Assembly: GCA_965207885.1 (NCBI GenBank)
Contig: OZ242311.1
Span: 928,001-992,000, forward strand
Length of the DNA stretch: 64,000 bases
Direction: 5' to 3'
From: Candidatus Latescibacterota bacterium
GTDB lineage: Bacteria > Latescibacterota > UBA2968
Shown here: positions 38,649-48,224 of the stretch, piece after piece
Layout: each line of letters starts with the position of its first letter
How positions within the stretch are numbered: position 1 is the first letter of the stretch
Notes under the pieces: generated by a model
What the model was told of the DNA's origin: nothing
The model's input: only the letters and a program-made list of their open reading frames with translations
Database searches by the model: none
Translations under genes and position numbers: made by a program

Positions 38649-39848
38649 ATGAACGATGGGAAGGACAAAGGCGCGGCGTTTTTTCCGTATGTCATGCCAA
38701 GGGAAAGACCGGATCTGCCTTTGAGCCGTGCTATGGACCGGCTTTTTGCGAACTACAGTGAGCCTTCTACCTGGTGGAATGAGTTGTATTCCCAGTTTCG
38801 GTACACGGAGCTTGAAGGACTGGATTACCGGGGAGGAGATGGCAGGCTTACGAGGCGTGACCCGAGCAAGGTAATCAAAGCCGATGGCAAGTATTACGTC
38901 TGGTACACGCGGCGAAGTACGGATGCGCCTCCGCAGGGTCCGGGACGAGGTGCGGAATCGATTCCATCGACCGACTGGGATTTGTCAGAAATCTGGTATG
39001 CTACGAGTGAAGATGGTTTTGTGTGGGAAGAGCAGGGTGTTGCGGTGCCACGACCTGCCAAACCGCACCCCGGATGGCGGTCTGTTTCCACTCCCGACAT
39101 TCTCGTTTGGAAGGATAGATATTATCTCTATTATCAGAGCTTTCTGGAGATGTCGGGTACGCGTGGCGATGATTGTCCTGTGTCGATCTCCTATGCGGAT
39201 TCGCCGAATGGGCCCTGGACACCGACACAGGAGGTCGTGATTCCCAATGGTCCAAAAGGGTCCTGGGATCAGTTCTCTATTCACGATCCCTATCCACTGG
39301 TGTACAAAGGTCGAATCTACCTGTACTATAAATCGGATATGAACGCAGCACGGAAGCAAAACATCCGATTGCAGGGATTGGCCATTGCCGACGATCCGCT
39401 GGGACCCTTTGAAAAATGTCCGCTCAATCCCGTGTTGAATTCGGGACATGAAACGGGTCTGTTTCCCTTCAAGGGAGGAATTGCCGCGCTTGCGATTCGA
39501 CATGGGAATGAGCACAATACGATTCAGTTTGCTCCAGACGGAATCAATTTCGAGATTGCTTCTACTGTCAGCCTGATGCCCATCGCCCCGGGACCCTATG
39601 TGCCGGATGCGTTTACCAATACCGAAAATGGACGTGGGATTACGTGGGGGCTTTGTCACTTTACAGGCGTTGGAAAGCACAGTATTCTGGCTCGGTTCGA
39701 CTGCGACTTGAGTCAGGACCACGATGCTCCAAACATGCGACAGACGGAGCACTGGTGGCCACCGGAATACTATTACAAAAGTGGATTGGGTGAGGCGATG
39801 CGCCGAGAGAGGGAGCAATTGGCCAGAGAAGATCTGAAAAAGACCTGA
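38649..39848 (+). CDS. GH117 glycoside hydrolase (3,6-anhydro-galactosidase family)
   Basis: LSRAMDR (SxAxxR), RRDPSKVIK, DWDLSEIWYATSEDG, TPDIL, HDPYPLVYKGRIYLYYK, NSGHET, TWGLCHF, RFDCDL. Confidence 0.85.
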   Translation: MNDGKDKGAAFFPYVMPRERPDLPLSRAMDRLFANYSEPSTWWNELYSQFRYTELEGLDYRGGDGRLTRRDPSKVIKADGKYYVWYTRRSTDAPPQGPGRGAESIPSTDWDLSEIWYATSEDGFVWEEQGVAVPRPAKPHPGWRSVSTPDILVWKDRYYLYYQSFLEMSGTRGDDCPVSISYADSPNGPWTPTQEVVIPNGPKGSWDQFSIHDPYPLVYKGRIYLYYKSDMNAARKQNIRLQGLAIADDPLGPFEKCPLNPVLNSGHETGLFPFKGGIAALAIRHGNEHNTIQFAPDGINFEIASTVSLMPIAPGPYVPDAFTNTENGRGITWGLCHFTGVGKHSILARFDCDLSQDHDAPNMRQTEHWWPPEYYYKSGLGEAMRREREQLAREDLKKT

Positions 39849-39852
39849 TTCA

Positions 39853-41313
39853 TTGAAAGGTGAAATTGTTTTGAAAGAGCGTGAATCATCGAGTCTGTGC
39901 CCTTCCCGCCCCAATATATTGTTCATTATGACTGATCAGCATCGCAAGGCTGCGCTTGGTTGTTACGGTGATCCGGTTATTCAAACGCCGAATATCGACC
40001 GCCTGGCGGAGGAAGGCGTGTTGTGTGAGCAGTGCTGGACCCAGCATCCGATCTGTATGCCAGCCCGGGCATCGATCTTTACGGGCCGGTACCCACAGGC
40101 ACATGGGGTGCGACATTGCGGTGTGGATCTGCCGCTGGATGAAATCACCATGGCGCAGACTTTTATGGAACAGGGCTATCGGACGGGAGGCGCGGGAAAA
40201 TTTCATTTTCAGTGTCACTTTGACCGGCCGCCTTTTGTGCATACGATACCTCGTATGGATACGCGGTCTGAGCCTTATTATGGATTTCAGGAATTTCATA
40301 TTGGGGACGATGGTCGCCGTGGCGAACAAGCGTATTGGATTGAGAAAAATTATCCGGAACACGCTGGCAAGCCGGATCATGAAATTCCGTTGGAATTGCA
40401 CAATAGTACCTGGTCGGCAGACCATACCATCCGGTTTATTCAGGACTGCCACCAGAGCGGTGATCCATTCTTTGCGTTTTGCTCTTTTGTCGATCCGCAT
40501 CACAGTTACAATCCACCTTCGCCTTATCGGGAGATGTACAATGAGGCTGATATGCCCGCGCCCATTCGCCGAGAAGGTGAATTGGATGACAAACCAGAAC
40601 CTGTTCGCAAACGAGCGCTGGCCCATGGCAAGCAGAACGAGAACGTGGCTGCCGCTCGGACCCAGTATTACGGTGAGGTGACATTGATCGATGACTCGGT
40701 GGGGCGTATTCTCGAAGTGCTTGATGACCTGGGAATCCGGGAAAGTACGATTATCGCCTTCACCTCAGATCACGGCGATCTGCTCGGTGATCATTTCGAC
40801 TGGTACAAAGGCTTTGTGCATTATGAGCAAAGTGCCAGTGTGCCGATGATTTACAACTGGGGTTCTCGTTTGCAGCAAGGTAAGCGGTTGGGCAATATTG
40901 TGCAGTCCATAGATATCTTTCCGACACTATCTGACCTGGCCGGTGTAATACTACCGTCTGGTGTGCAGGGACGATCCCAGGTGTCTGCGCTGACTACCGA
41001 GAGCACCGCTACCGGGTACGATGCGGCTTTTATCGATTCGTATGTCGATGGGATAGAGAATCCGGATATTGCCCAGACCGGCGTCCCGCAAGAACCCAGT
41101 GTATGTACACTTCGGTCGCTGAAATGGCGCTACAGCTACTACGTTGGGAAGGGGTATGGCGAATTGTACGATCTCGAATCTGACCCCAACGAATTTGTCA
41201 ATCTGTGGGATGATGCTGGCAGGGAGCAGGTCAAGCGCCAGTTGAAAGACGAACTGATGGAACGCATCATCAAAGCGCGCGATCCTCTGCCAGTGCGGAC
41301 GCATCCGTATTGA
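39853..41313 (+). CDS. Cys-type sulfatase (choline-sulfatase-like); start uncertain (TTG 39853 or 39871)
   Basis: RPNILFIMTDQH, CMPARASIFTG, DPHH, SDHGD, ELYDLESDPNE. Confidence 0.9.
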   Translation: MKGEIVLKERESSSLCPSRPNILFIMTDQHRKAALGCYGDPVIQTPNIDRLAEEGVLCEQCWTQHPICMPARASIFTGRYPQAHGVRHCGVDLPLDEITMAQTFMEQGYRTGGAGKFHFQCHFDRPPFVHTIPRMDTRSEPYYGFQEFHIGDDGRRGEQAYWIEKNYPEHAGKPDHEIPLELHNSTWSADHTIRFIQDCHQSGDPFFAFCSFVDPHHSYNPPSPYREMYNEADMPAPIRREGELDDKPEPVRKRALAHGKQNENVAAARTQYYGEVTLIDDSVGRILEVLDDLGIRESTIIAFTSDHGDLLGDHFDWYKGFVHYEQSASVPMIYNWGSRLQQGKRLGNIVQSIDIFPTLSDLAGVILPSGVQGRSQVSALTTESTATGYDAAFIDSYVDGIENPDIAQTGVPQEPSVCTLRSLKWRYSYYVGKGYGELYDLESDPNEFVNLWDDAGREQVKRQLKDELMERIIKARDPLPVRTHPY

Positions 41314-41353
41314 GGATGCGGAACATTGTTTTAACAATACCGGGATAATTCTT

Positions 41354-43324
41354 ATGGGAAAGCGAATCCAACCGCAGGGCATCGTCAATAACGCGGAAAG
41401 CCCACATGTTGTGCTCAAGAGTATCAACATTGGCGACTGCCAGTGGACGGATGGATTTTGGGCGGACAAATATCGGTTATGTGAAGAGGTGATGGTGCCC
41501 TATATGGGCACGTTGCTCAAAGGCGATATCGGGCATGGCTACAATAATTTTAAAATTGCTGCTGGTCTCAAGGAAGGCGAGCATAAGGGCCACTGGTGGC
41601 ACGATGGCGATTTCTACAAGTGGATGGAGTCCGCCATGTATGTCTATGGGGTCAATAAGGATGAGAAGATTGTTGAGGAACTGGATGAGATTATTGAAGT
41701 CATCGGAAAGGCTCAGGAAGACGATGGCTATCTATCGACCCACGTTACCATCAATGGGTTCGATCGGTTTTCCAATCGCCAGTACCACGAACTTTACAAC
41801 AGTGGTCATTTGTTGACCAGTGCATGTATTCATTATCGCGTAACTGGGAAAACCAACTTCCTGGATATCGCTGTTAAACATGCAGACTATCTGTATGGGG
41901 TTTTTCAACCCCGTCCAAAGGAACTGGCGCGTTTTGGTTTTAATCCCTCTCAGATTATGGGATTGGTAGAGCTTTATCGAACGACCAGAGATGCGCGTTA
42001 TCTCGAGCTGGCCGAGATATTTGTCAACATGAGGGGAGACGGTCCCGTGCAGGCTCCGACTGTCAACCCGAGGTTCGAAGGCGATATGTGTCAGGATCGG
42101 GTTCCTATTCGCGAGGAGACGGAGGCCGTTGGTCACGCAGTTCTGGCTATGTACCTCTATGCTGGCGTTGCGGATGTGTATGCAGAAACTGGAGAGCAGG
42201 CCCTGATAGACGCTCTTGAGCGGCTGTGGGCAAATGTGACCGATAAGAAGATGTATGTAACAGGCGCTGTCGGACAGGCGCATCACGGCGCATCTTCTCG
42301 GGTGGATTTTGTCCATGAAGCATTTATTGACGAATATATGATGCCCAATTCGACGGCTTATAATGAGACGTGTGCGAATATCGGCAATGCCATGTTCAAC
42401 TGGCGTATGCTGAGTTTGAAGGGCGAAAGCAAATATGCCGATGTTGTGGAATTGGTTTTATATAACAGTGCGCTTTCTGGCATCAGCAGTGATGGCATGC
42501 ACTATTTCTACGCCAACCCGCTTCGTATGAACCATGAAGGGCGTGATTATTCAAGGACGCCTACGGAGACGGCTGTTCGGTTGCCCTATATCAAGTGTTT
42601 TTGCTGTCCGCCCAATATTGTCCGAACCATTGCCAGGTCGTCTGGATGGGCATACAGCCTGACGGAGAACGGTGTTGCGGTCGTTCTGTACGGGGGGAAT
42701 AAAATGGATGCCCAGATGCTGGACGGATCGAAGATCAGGCTGAAACAGGATTCCCAGTATCCGTGGGATGGCGCAGTGAAAATCACGATAGAGGAATGCA
42801 AGGACAAGCCCTTTGAAATGCTGCTGCGCATTCCCGAATGGGCGGTAGGCACCAGAATTACGATCAACGGGAGAGATGCTGGTGTTGAAGCGGTACCTGG
42901 AACTTTTGCCAGAATTGAACTTGCCTGGAAAGCGGGTGATGTTGTTGCACTGGAAATGCCGATGGATATTACTCTGATTGAAGGCCATCCACGTATTGAA
43001 GAAACCCGCAATCAGGCAGCGATTAAACGTGGCCCTGTGGTGTACTGCATTGAATCGCCCGACCTTCCGGAAAACACGGATATTCTGGACGTGTATCTGC
43101 CGATCTCTTTAGACTTAAAAGCAGAATACCAGCCGGAATTTCTGGGCGGTCTGACGACGATAAGCGGCAATGTTGTCTTGCGCAGAGATAAAAAAGAAGG
43201 CATGTATCGGACGCTGGTCAAACCAGAGTGGAAAACCATTCAAACCCAATTCGTTCCCTATTATTCATGGTGCAATCGGGGGCAAAGTGAAATGACGGTT
43301 TGGATGCCCATTGTGTGGAAGTAG
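41354..43324 (+). CDS. GH127 glycoside hydrolase (beta-L-arabinofuranosidase / 3,6-anhydro-D-galactosidase family)
   Basis: DGDFYKWME, HELYNSGH, GHAV, YNETCANIG, CFCCPPN, RGPVVYC, PYYSWCNRG. Confidence 0.88.
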   Translation: MGKRIQPQGIVNNAESPHVVLKSINIGDCQWTDGFWADKYRLCEEVMVPYMGTLLKGDIGHGYNNFKIAAGLKEGEHKGHWWHDGDFYKWMESAMYVYGVNKDEKIVEELDEIIEVIGKAQEDDGYLSTHVTINGFDRFSNRQYHELYNSGHLLTSACIHYRVTGKTNFLDIAVKHADYLYGVFQPRPKELARFGFNPSQIMGLVELYRTTRDARYLELAEIFVNMRGDGPVQAPTVNPRFEGDMCQDRVPIREETEAVGHAVLAMYLYAGVADVYAETGEQALIDALERLWANVTDKKMYVTGAVGQAHHGASSRVDFVHEAFIDEYMMPNSTAYNETCANIGNAMFNWRMLSLKGESKYADVVELVLYNSALSGISSDGMHYFYANPLRMNHEGRDYSRTPTETAVRLPYIKCFCCPPNIVRTIARSSGWAYSLTENGVAVVLYGGNKMDAQMLDGSKIRLKQDSQYPWDGAVKITIEECKDKPFEMLLRIPEWAVGTRITINGRDAGVEAVPGTFARIELAWKAGDVVALEMPMDITLIEGHPRIEETRNQAAIKRGPVVYCIESPDLPENTDILDVYLPISLDLKAEYQPEFLGGLTTISGNVVLRRDKKEGMYRTLVKPEWKTIQTQFVPYYSWCNRGQSEMTVWMPIVWK

Positions 43325-43388
43325 AACCGGGTGTCCGATTTTGGGTTCAAGCTGTTTGGCGAAACCCGATTAATAAAGAAAGAGACAG

Positions 43389-45155
43389 ATGAAACCCTCA
43401 CAACCCAATGTGATTTTGATCATTACCGACGACCAGGGGTATGGCGATCTGGGCTGTCATGGCAATCCTGTTGCCCGAACGCCGAATCTGGACAGCTTGC
43501 ACGGGGAAAGTATTCGGCTGATGGATTTTCACGTTGCGCCCATGTGTACGCCTACTCGCGGCCAATTGCTGAGCGGACTTGATGCGGCACGCAATGGCGC
43601 TGTAAACGTGAGTAGCGGACGCTCGCTTCTGAGACCAGATTTGCCGACCATGGCCGATATTTTTCGGTCGAACGGTTATCGAACTGGTGTGTTTGGCAAA
43701 TGGCATCTGGGCGACAACTATCCGTACCGTCCTCAGGACCGCGGTTTTGAGGAAAGTCTCTGGTTTCCATCCTCTCATATCAGTTCTGTGCCCGACTACT
43801 GGGAGAACGATTACTTCGACGATGTATATTGTCACAATGGATCTCGCGTGCGACAGGAAGGATACTGTACGGAGGTCTTTTTCGAAGCGGCAAAAGCGTG
43901 GATGCAAGCACGGATCGCGGCTTCAGAACCCTTTTTCACTTTCCTGCCGACCAATGCCCCACACGCCCCACTTTTTGTGCCTGCCGAAGATCGCGAGGCC
44001 ATTGAGGCGGCATTTGCAGAGGATGAACACCAGTTGCCTGCACTTCCCGAAAATTTGCGAGCGAATATCATTCGCTTTCTCGCTATGATTCGAAATTTGG
44101 ATACTCAGGTCGGTGCGCTTCGGCGCTTTCTGCAAGAACAGGATGTAGATAGGAATACAATCCTGATTTTTATGACTGATAATGGCAGTACTTTTGGTTC
44201 TGTCTATTACAATGCCGGGATGCGGGGTAAAAAGTGTGAGCTTTGGGAAGGTGGGCACCGGGTACCGTTTTTCTTACATTGGCCAAATGGTGATCTGGGC
44301 GAACCCCGGGAGATTGAGGGACTGACTCAGGCGCAGGATATTTTGCCGACTTTGATCGAGTTTTGTGGGCTGGAACCGCCGGCCGAATTGCGTTTGGATG
44401 GGATTAGCCTATCTCCGGTTTTTCGGGGTGCGGAGCAGGTGCCGGAAGATCGCATGTTGACGGTGAATTACAGCCGTATGCCCGGGGAGCTGGACTACCC
44501 GACGCCCGACAGCCCTTCGTTCATAAGACGCGAGGGTGCTGCTGTACTCTGGAAACGGTGGCGCTTGCTTGAAGGAACGGCACTGTATGATTTGGATAGC
44601 GACCCCGAACAGAATCTCGACGTTGCCGATCAGCACCCTGATATTGTCCGGCAGATGCAGGATTACCTGGATGCCTGGTGGCGAGAAGTGGAACCGGTCG
44701 CCAATCAAGTGCAGCGGATTACCATCGGCAGTGAGGCCGAGAATCCGATGACGCTATCGGCCTGCGAGTGGAGGGATGTCTTTGTGGATCAGCAGCGGCA
44801 GGTGAGGACGGCCGTGCGGAAGAACAGTTACTGGCACCTGATGGTTGAAGCCGCTGGCAAGTACACTTTTGAATTGCGGCGCTGGCCGAGAGAGAGCGGC
44901 CTCAAGCTGAGAGAGGCTTGCCAGGCGGCTCAATTGACCGACGGTGAATTGGAAGCGGGAATTGCGCTGCCGATTGCCAGAGCGCGTGTGCTGATCGGTG
45001 GACGCTTTTACACCAGGCCCGCTGAGCCAGACGACCAGGGTGTTGTGTTTACCGTGGATCTGGAGCCGGGTCCCACGATTTTGCACACCTGGTTCGACGA
45101 CGAGCGCAACCAGCCCATCTGCGGCGCCTACTATGTTTATGTTGCACGTCAATGA
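43389..45155 (+). CDS. Arylsulfatase with C-terminal beta domain
   Basis: TDDQGYGD, CTPTRGQLLSG, GKWHLGDNYP, TDNG, WEGGHRVP. Confidence 0.92.
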   Translation: MKPSQPNVILIITDDQGYGDLGCHGNPVARTPNLDSLHGESIRLMDFHVAPMCTPTRGQLLSGLDAARNGAVNVSSGRSLLRPDLPTMADIFRSNGYRTGVFGKWHLGDNYPYRPQDRGFEESLWFPSSHISSVPDYWENDYFDDVYCHNGSRVRQEGYCTEVFFEAAKAWMQARIAASEPFFTFLPTNAPHAPLFVPAEDREAIEAAFAEDEHQLPALPENLRANIIRFLAMIRNLDTQVGALRRFLQEQDVDRNTILIFMTDNGSTFGSVYYNAGMRGKKCELWEGGHRVPFFLHWPNGDLGEPREIEGLTQAQDILPTLIEFCGLEPPAELRLDGISLSPVFRGAEQVPEDRMLTVNYSRMPGELDYPTPDSPSFIRREGAAVLWKRWRLLEGTALYDLDSDPEQNLDVADQHPDIVRQMQDYLDAWWREVEPVANQVQRITIGSEAENPMTLSACEWRDVFVDQQRQVRTAVRKNSYWHLMVEAAGKYTFELRRWPRESGLKLREACQAAQLTDGELEAGIALPIARARVLIGGRFYTRPAEPDDQGVVFTVDLEPGPTILHTWFDDERNQPICGAYYVYVARQ

Positions 45156-45166
45156 GGGGGAAAACC

Positions 45167-46450
45167 ATGAAGACCATATTGTTGATGATAACCGTGTTTG
45201 TAATGACCGCGGTTGCGGAGGGGGCATATGTGGAGACCATGGATCCAGACGGTTTGACTATGAATCTGAAGACGGATTTCGGACTGGTTGATGATGGGGC
45301 TGAGAGCAATCAGAGTGAGCGATTGCAAAAAGCGATAGATGAGGTTTCAGCAAAAGGTGGTGGACGCCTGATTGTTCCGAAAGGGGTTTATCGTTTTGGG
45401 GGCATCAACTTGAAGTCCAATGTGCACCTGTTGATCGAGAAAGACACGGTTATCAAACCCTATTGGCCCAAAGGTACGAAGACCATTGTTTTTGGATTGG
45501 GTACAGGGAGGAATGCCGAATCCATAGAGAATGTCAGTATTCGCGGGCTGGGCGGCAAGTTTATTGTCGATTATTCAGATCGCGGAAGTGTGGCGGGGGA
45601 AGGCATACGGATCGTCAACTGCAGGAAGGTCAAAAATTTCCTGCTCTCCGATATTGACGTTAGGGATAGTTTTACCACTTATTCTGCATTTATCTTTACG
45701 CCGTCCAGGGATAGGGATGTGGAGAGTGGGGGCGTCTTCAGGCCCACCGATGGTCTGGTGAAAAATCTGAGAAGCACGAATACCAGCCCGGGATACGGTT
45801 TGGTTCAGATGCATGCGGGGGAGACCATCCATTTTGAAAATCTCGAAGCCATTGGCGGTGGGGTGACTTTTAGACTGGAGACGGGTGCCGGCGGGCATAA
45901 CGGCGGAGTGCATGATATTACGGCAAAGAATCTATATTGTGAGAATGGCAGTACTGCGGTGTTGCTTGGACCACACAAAGCTCAAAATGGCGTTGTCAAG
46001 ATCGACGGTGTGACTGTGAAGAGTTGTGCTTTCGCGGTGACGATGGGACCTGGTTATGTGGAGAAACGGAATCAGGCGGATGAGCGTTATAAACCCGGTG
46101 TGTTTGCAGATGGGACTACGGTAAAGAATATCCATGCGATATTTGGGACAAACGCGGCCATTGCACTCAAGGGACTTGCGAATGTTCCGGAAGAATATCT
46201 GAAAGAGTTGAGGTTTGATGAAAATGACAGGAAGATCAAACGGGTTAGAGGTCCCTCTGTCGGGGTTGTGAGAGACCGTACGGGGGATAGTTGGCATCCG
46301 ATTATTGAGAATGTGACCAGCGAGGGTTTTAAATACAATAAAGGCATTATGAGTCTTGCCGAAAAACAGCCTCGAAACTGGAAAGCGCGGCTCAAAGGGC
46401 TGCCGCTTCTCGACGAAATTTTGCGAAACCAACAAAAGCAGGCAGACTGA
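45167..46450 (+). CDS. Secreted beta-helix glycosidase, GH82 (iota-carrageenase)-like
   Basis: Signal peptide; LQKAIDEVS..GGGRLIVPKGVY..INLKSNVHL.IE.D.VIKP and GYGLVQ...IHFENL...GGVTFRLET match my recollection of GH82 CgiA. Confidence 0.7.
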   Translation: MKTILLMITVFVMTAVAEGAYVETMDPDGLTMNLKTDFGLVDDGAESNQSERLQKAIDEVSAKGGGRLIVPKGVYRFGGINLKSNVHLLIEKDTVIKPYWPKGTKTIVFGLGTGRNAESIENVSIRGLGGKFIVDYSDRGSVAGEGIRIVNCRKVKNFLLSDIDVRDSFTTYSAFIFTPSRDRDVESGGVFRPTDGLVKNLRSTNTSPGYGLVQMHAGETIHFENLEAIGGGVTFRLETGAGGHNGGVHDITAKNLYCENGSTAVLLGPHKAQNGVVKIDGVTVKSCAFAVTMGPGYVEKRNQADERYKPGVFADGTTVKNIHAIFGTNAAIALKGLANVPEEYLKELRFDENDRKIKRVRGPSVGVVRDRTGDSWHPIIENVTSEGFKYNKGIMSLAEKQPRNWKARLKGLPLLDEILRNQQKQAD

Positions 46451-46466
46451 GATAGGAGATCAGCTC

Positions 46467-47321
46467 ATGCGACAGGTCCATCCCCTCAGCGATAGCGAAC
46501 TGGACGAACACGTCGGCAATCTCGACCGCGACGGCTATACCATTATACGGAACCAGATCGCACCTGAGTACCTCAACCCTTTGCGCGACATTGCCCAGCG
46601 TGCCGCCGATGACTATATTGCCGCCTGGCGTGGCGGGATGAAGCTGTCTGAAGTGAAGATCGGCGACAGGTACGGGACTCGCAAATTTGACCTGAATCCC
46701 AATGCCCGTGCCTGTTTCTTGTGGGGTGATGCGGCGATAGAATTGCTCGACCACGATACTGTTCACGCGATCTGCGAGCCTGCCCTGGGTACCTATCACT
46801 TCTCTGACCTTGTCGCCAATACCCAACGCTACAACCCCGGAGAGCAGTCTGAAGGCATCCATCGCGATTTTCGCCCCGGCCTTACCGCCAATGGCAAGCA
46901 CAGGGGGCTGTGGTTCTTTTTTTTAATTGACGGGTACACGGCGGAAAACGGTGCGACTTCTGTGATACCGGGCACTCATCGCTTTAAGGCTGGCGAAGAT
47001 CCCGAGGTGCCGGATTCCAACCCAAATTACTACGGCAATAGAGTTCAGGTTATCGGCGATCCCGGTGATCTGCTGGTGGTCAATGCGGCCTGTCTGCACT
47101 GCGCTGGCATGAACCAGACCCGGAAGCCACGCCGTACGTTGAATGTCCGCGTGATGCAACCCGAAGGCAAATTTCACTACAATGCCTGGGAACTGGCCGG
47201 ACCAAGACGCCAGGCCAAAGCCAGTATCCGGGTTAAGCGCTTCATGCAACCACCGGCTGACCTCGCTGCCGAACTGCGCACCGATTGGGCAGTGATGCCG
47301 GGCAAGAATGAAGCGGATTAG
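46467..47321 (+). CDS. PhyH-family dioxygenase 6 (HxD)
   Basis: RDGYTII, IHRDF, ENGATSVIPGTH, CLHCAG, RRTL; AGGAG RBS. Confidence 0.85.
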   Translation: MRQVHPLSDSELDEHVGNLDRDGYTIIRNQIAPEYLNPLRDIAQRAADDYIAAWRGGMKLSEVKIGDRYGTRKFDLNPNARACFLWGDAAIELLDHDTVHAICEPALGTYHFSDLVANTQRYNPGEQSEGIHRDFRPGLTANGKHRGLWFFFLIDGYTAENGATSVIPGTHRFKAGEDPEVPDSNPNYYGNRVQVIGDPGDLLVVNAACLHCAGMNQTRKPRRTLNVRVMQPEGKFHYNAWELAGPRRQAKASIRVKRFMQPPADLAAELRTDWAVMPGKNEAD

Positions 47322-48166
47322 ACGCCGCGCATGGGGTCGTTTTTTATTTTTCTGCACGCCATTTCAAACAGGTATTCGAACGGGGGGGCGATGAATTCGG
47401 CATTGGGATCGACGCCGCCTGCTTCGAATATTTTTTTACTGCTTTTATCAAAGAAGAGTGTTCGCCGTCTGACCAGCCAGCCGATGTTGTACACAACTGC
47501 GATCATGTGGCGGTTGTGGTCGGATGGATTTGGCACGCCGCGATGCCAGAGGCGCGAATCGCGGATCAGGATGTCGCCTTTTTGCAGGGTGGCCTGAATG
47601 GGCGGGGAAAAGTAGCGACGGTCGGCTTCTGTTTCGTCTGTTACGGGGCGCATGTCGAGGTGTGAACCCGGCCAGATCTGTGTCGATCCGTTTTTGTCAG
47701 ATGTGTCCTGGGGAAAGATGTTGATGATGAGTTGGGTTGCTGGATGGGGACGGTTTTGCTCGCCCCAGAGGTGAACGCCGTCAGCATGAAGGGGTTGAAA
47801 GGTGCTGTTTGGCGTATTGGTGTTGCCGTTATAAAAACAACAGTAAAAACCTGTACCCAGCATTTCTCGTGAGATCTGAATGGCATAAGGGTTGACGAGG
47901 ATGTCTGAGGATAGGTATGGGTCAAATGGTGGGGGTCCTTGCTGTAAATGCCCCTGTACGCCACCTGCGCCACCCCATTTTTGTGCTTCAATCAGTTTTG
48001 CAGAGTCTTCGTCCATGCGCGTTTTGAGGGCGTCGAGGATCGCGTGATTTACCACTTGCTCGATGATGACATAGCCGTCGTGCCGAATTGCCTCTATCGC
48101 ATTTGCCAATTTGTCTTTTGCCAGTTCACCAGCGTTTTGCTCTGTTGATGTGAGCGAGATGTTCAT
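47318..48166 (-). CDS. PhyH-family dioxygenase 7 (HxD)
   Basis: HDGYVII, QPLHADG, NGSTQIWPGSH, RLWHRG, RHMI; start MNISL. Confidence 0.85.
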   Translation of the reverse strand: MNISLTSTEQNAGELAKDKLANAIEAIRHDGYVIIEQVVNHAILDALKTRMDEDSAKLIEAQKWGGAGGVQGHLQQGPPPFDPYLSSDILVNPYAIQISREMLGTGFYCCFYNGNTNTPNSTFQPLHADGVHLWGEQNRPHPATQLIINIFPQDTSDKNGSTQIWPGSHLDMRPVTDETEADRRYFSPPIQATLQKGDILIRDSRLWHRGVPNPSDHNRHMIAVVYNIGWLVRRRTLFFDKSSKKIFEAGGVDPNAEFIAPPFEYLFEMACRKIKNDPMRGV

Positions 48167-48224
48167 TTTGCGTCCTTCCCTTTGTTCTGCATCGTAGATT
48201 TGTTCCCTGTAATGTAGATGGTGG

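Noticed and set aside
38985-39926. Long antisense ORFs (e.g. 313 aa here; also 37572, 39886, 53103, 62061, 62993)
   Set aside because: They lie opposite well-supported genes, lack motifs, and are explained by codon bias suppressing antisense stops.
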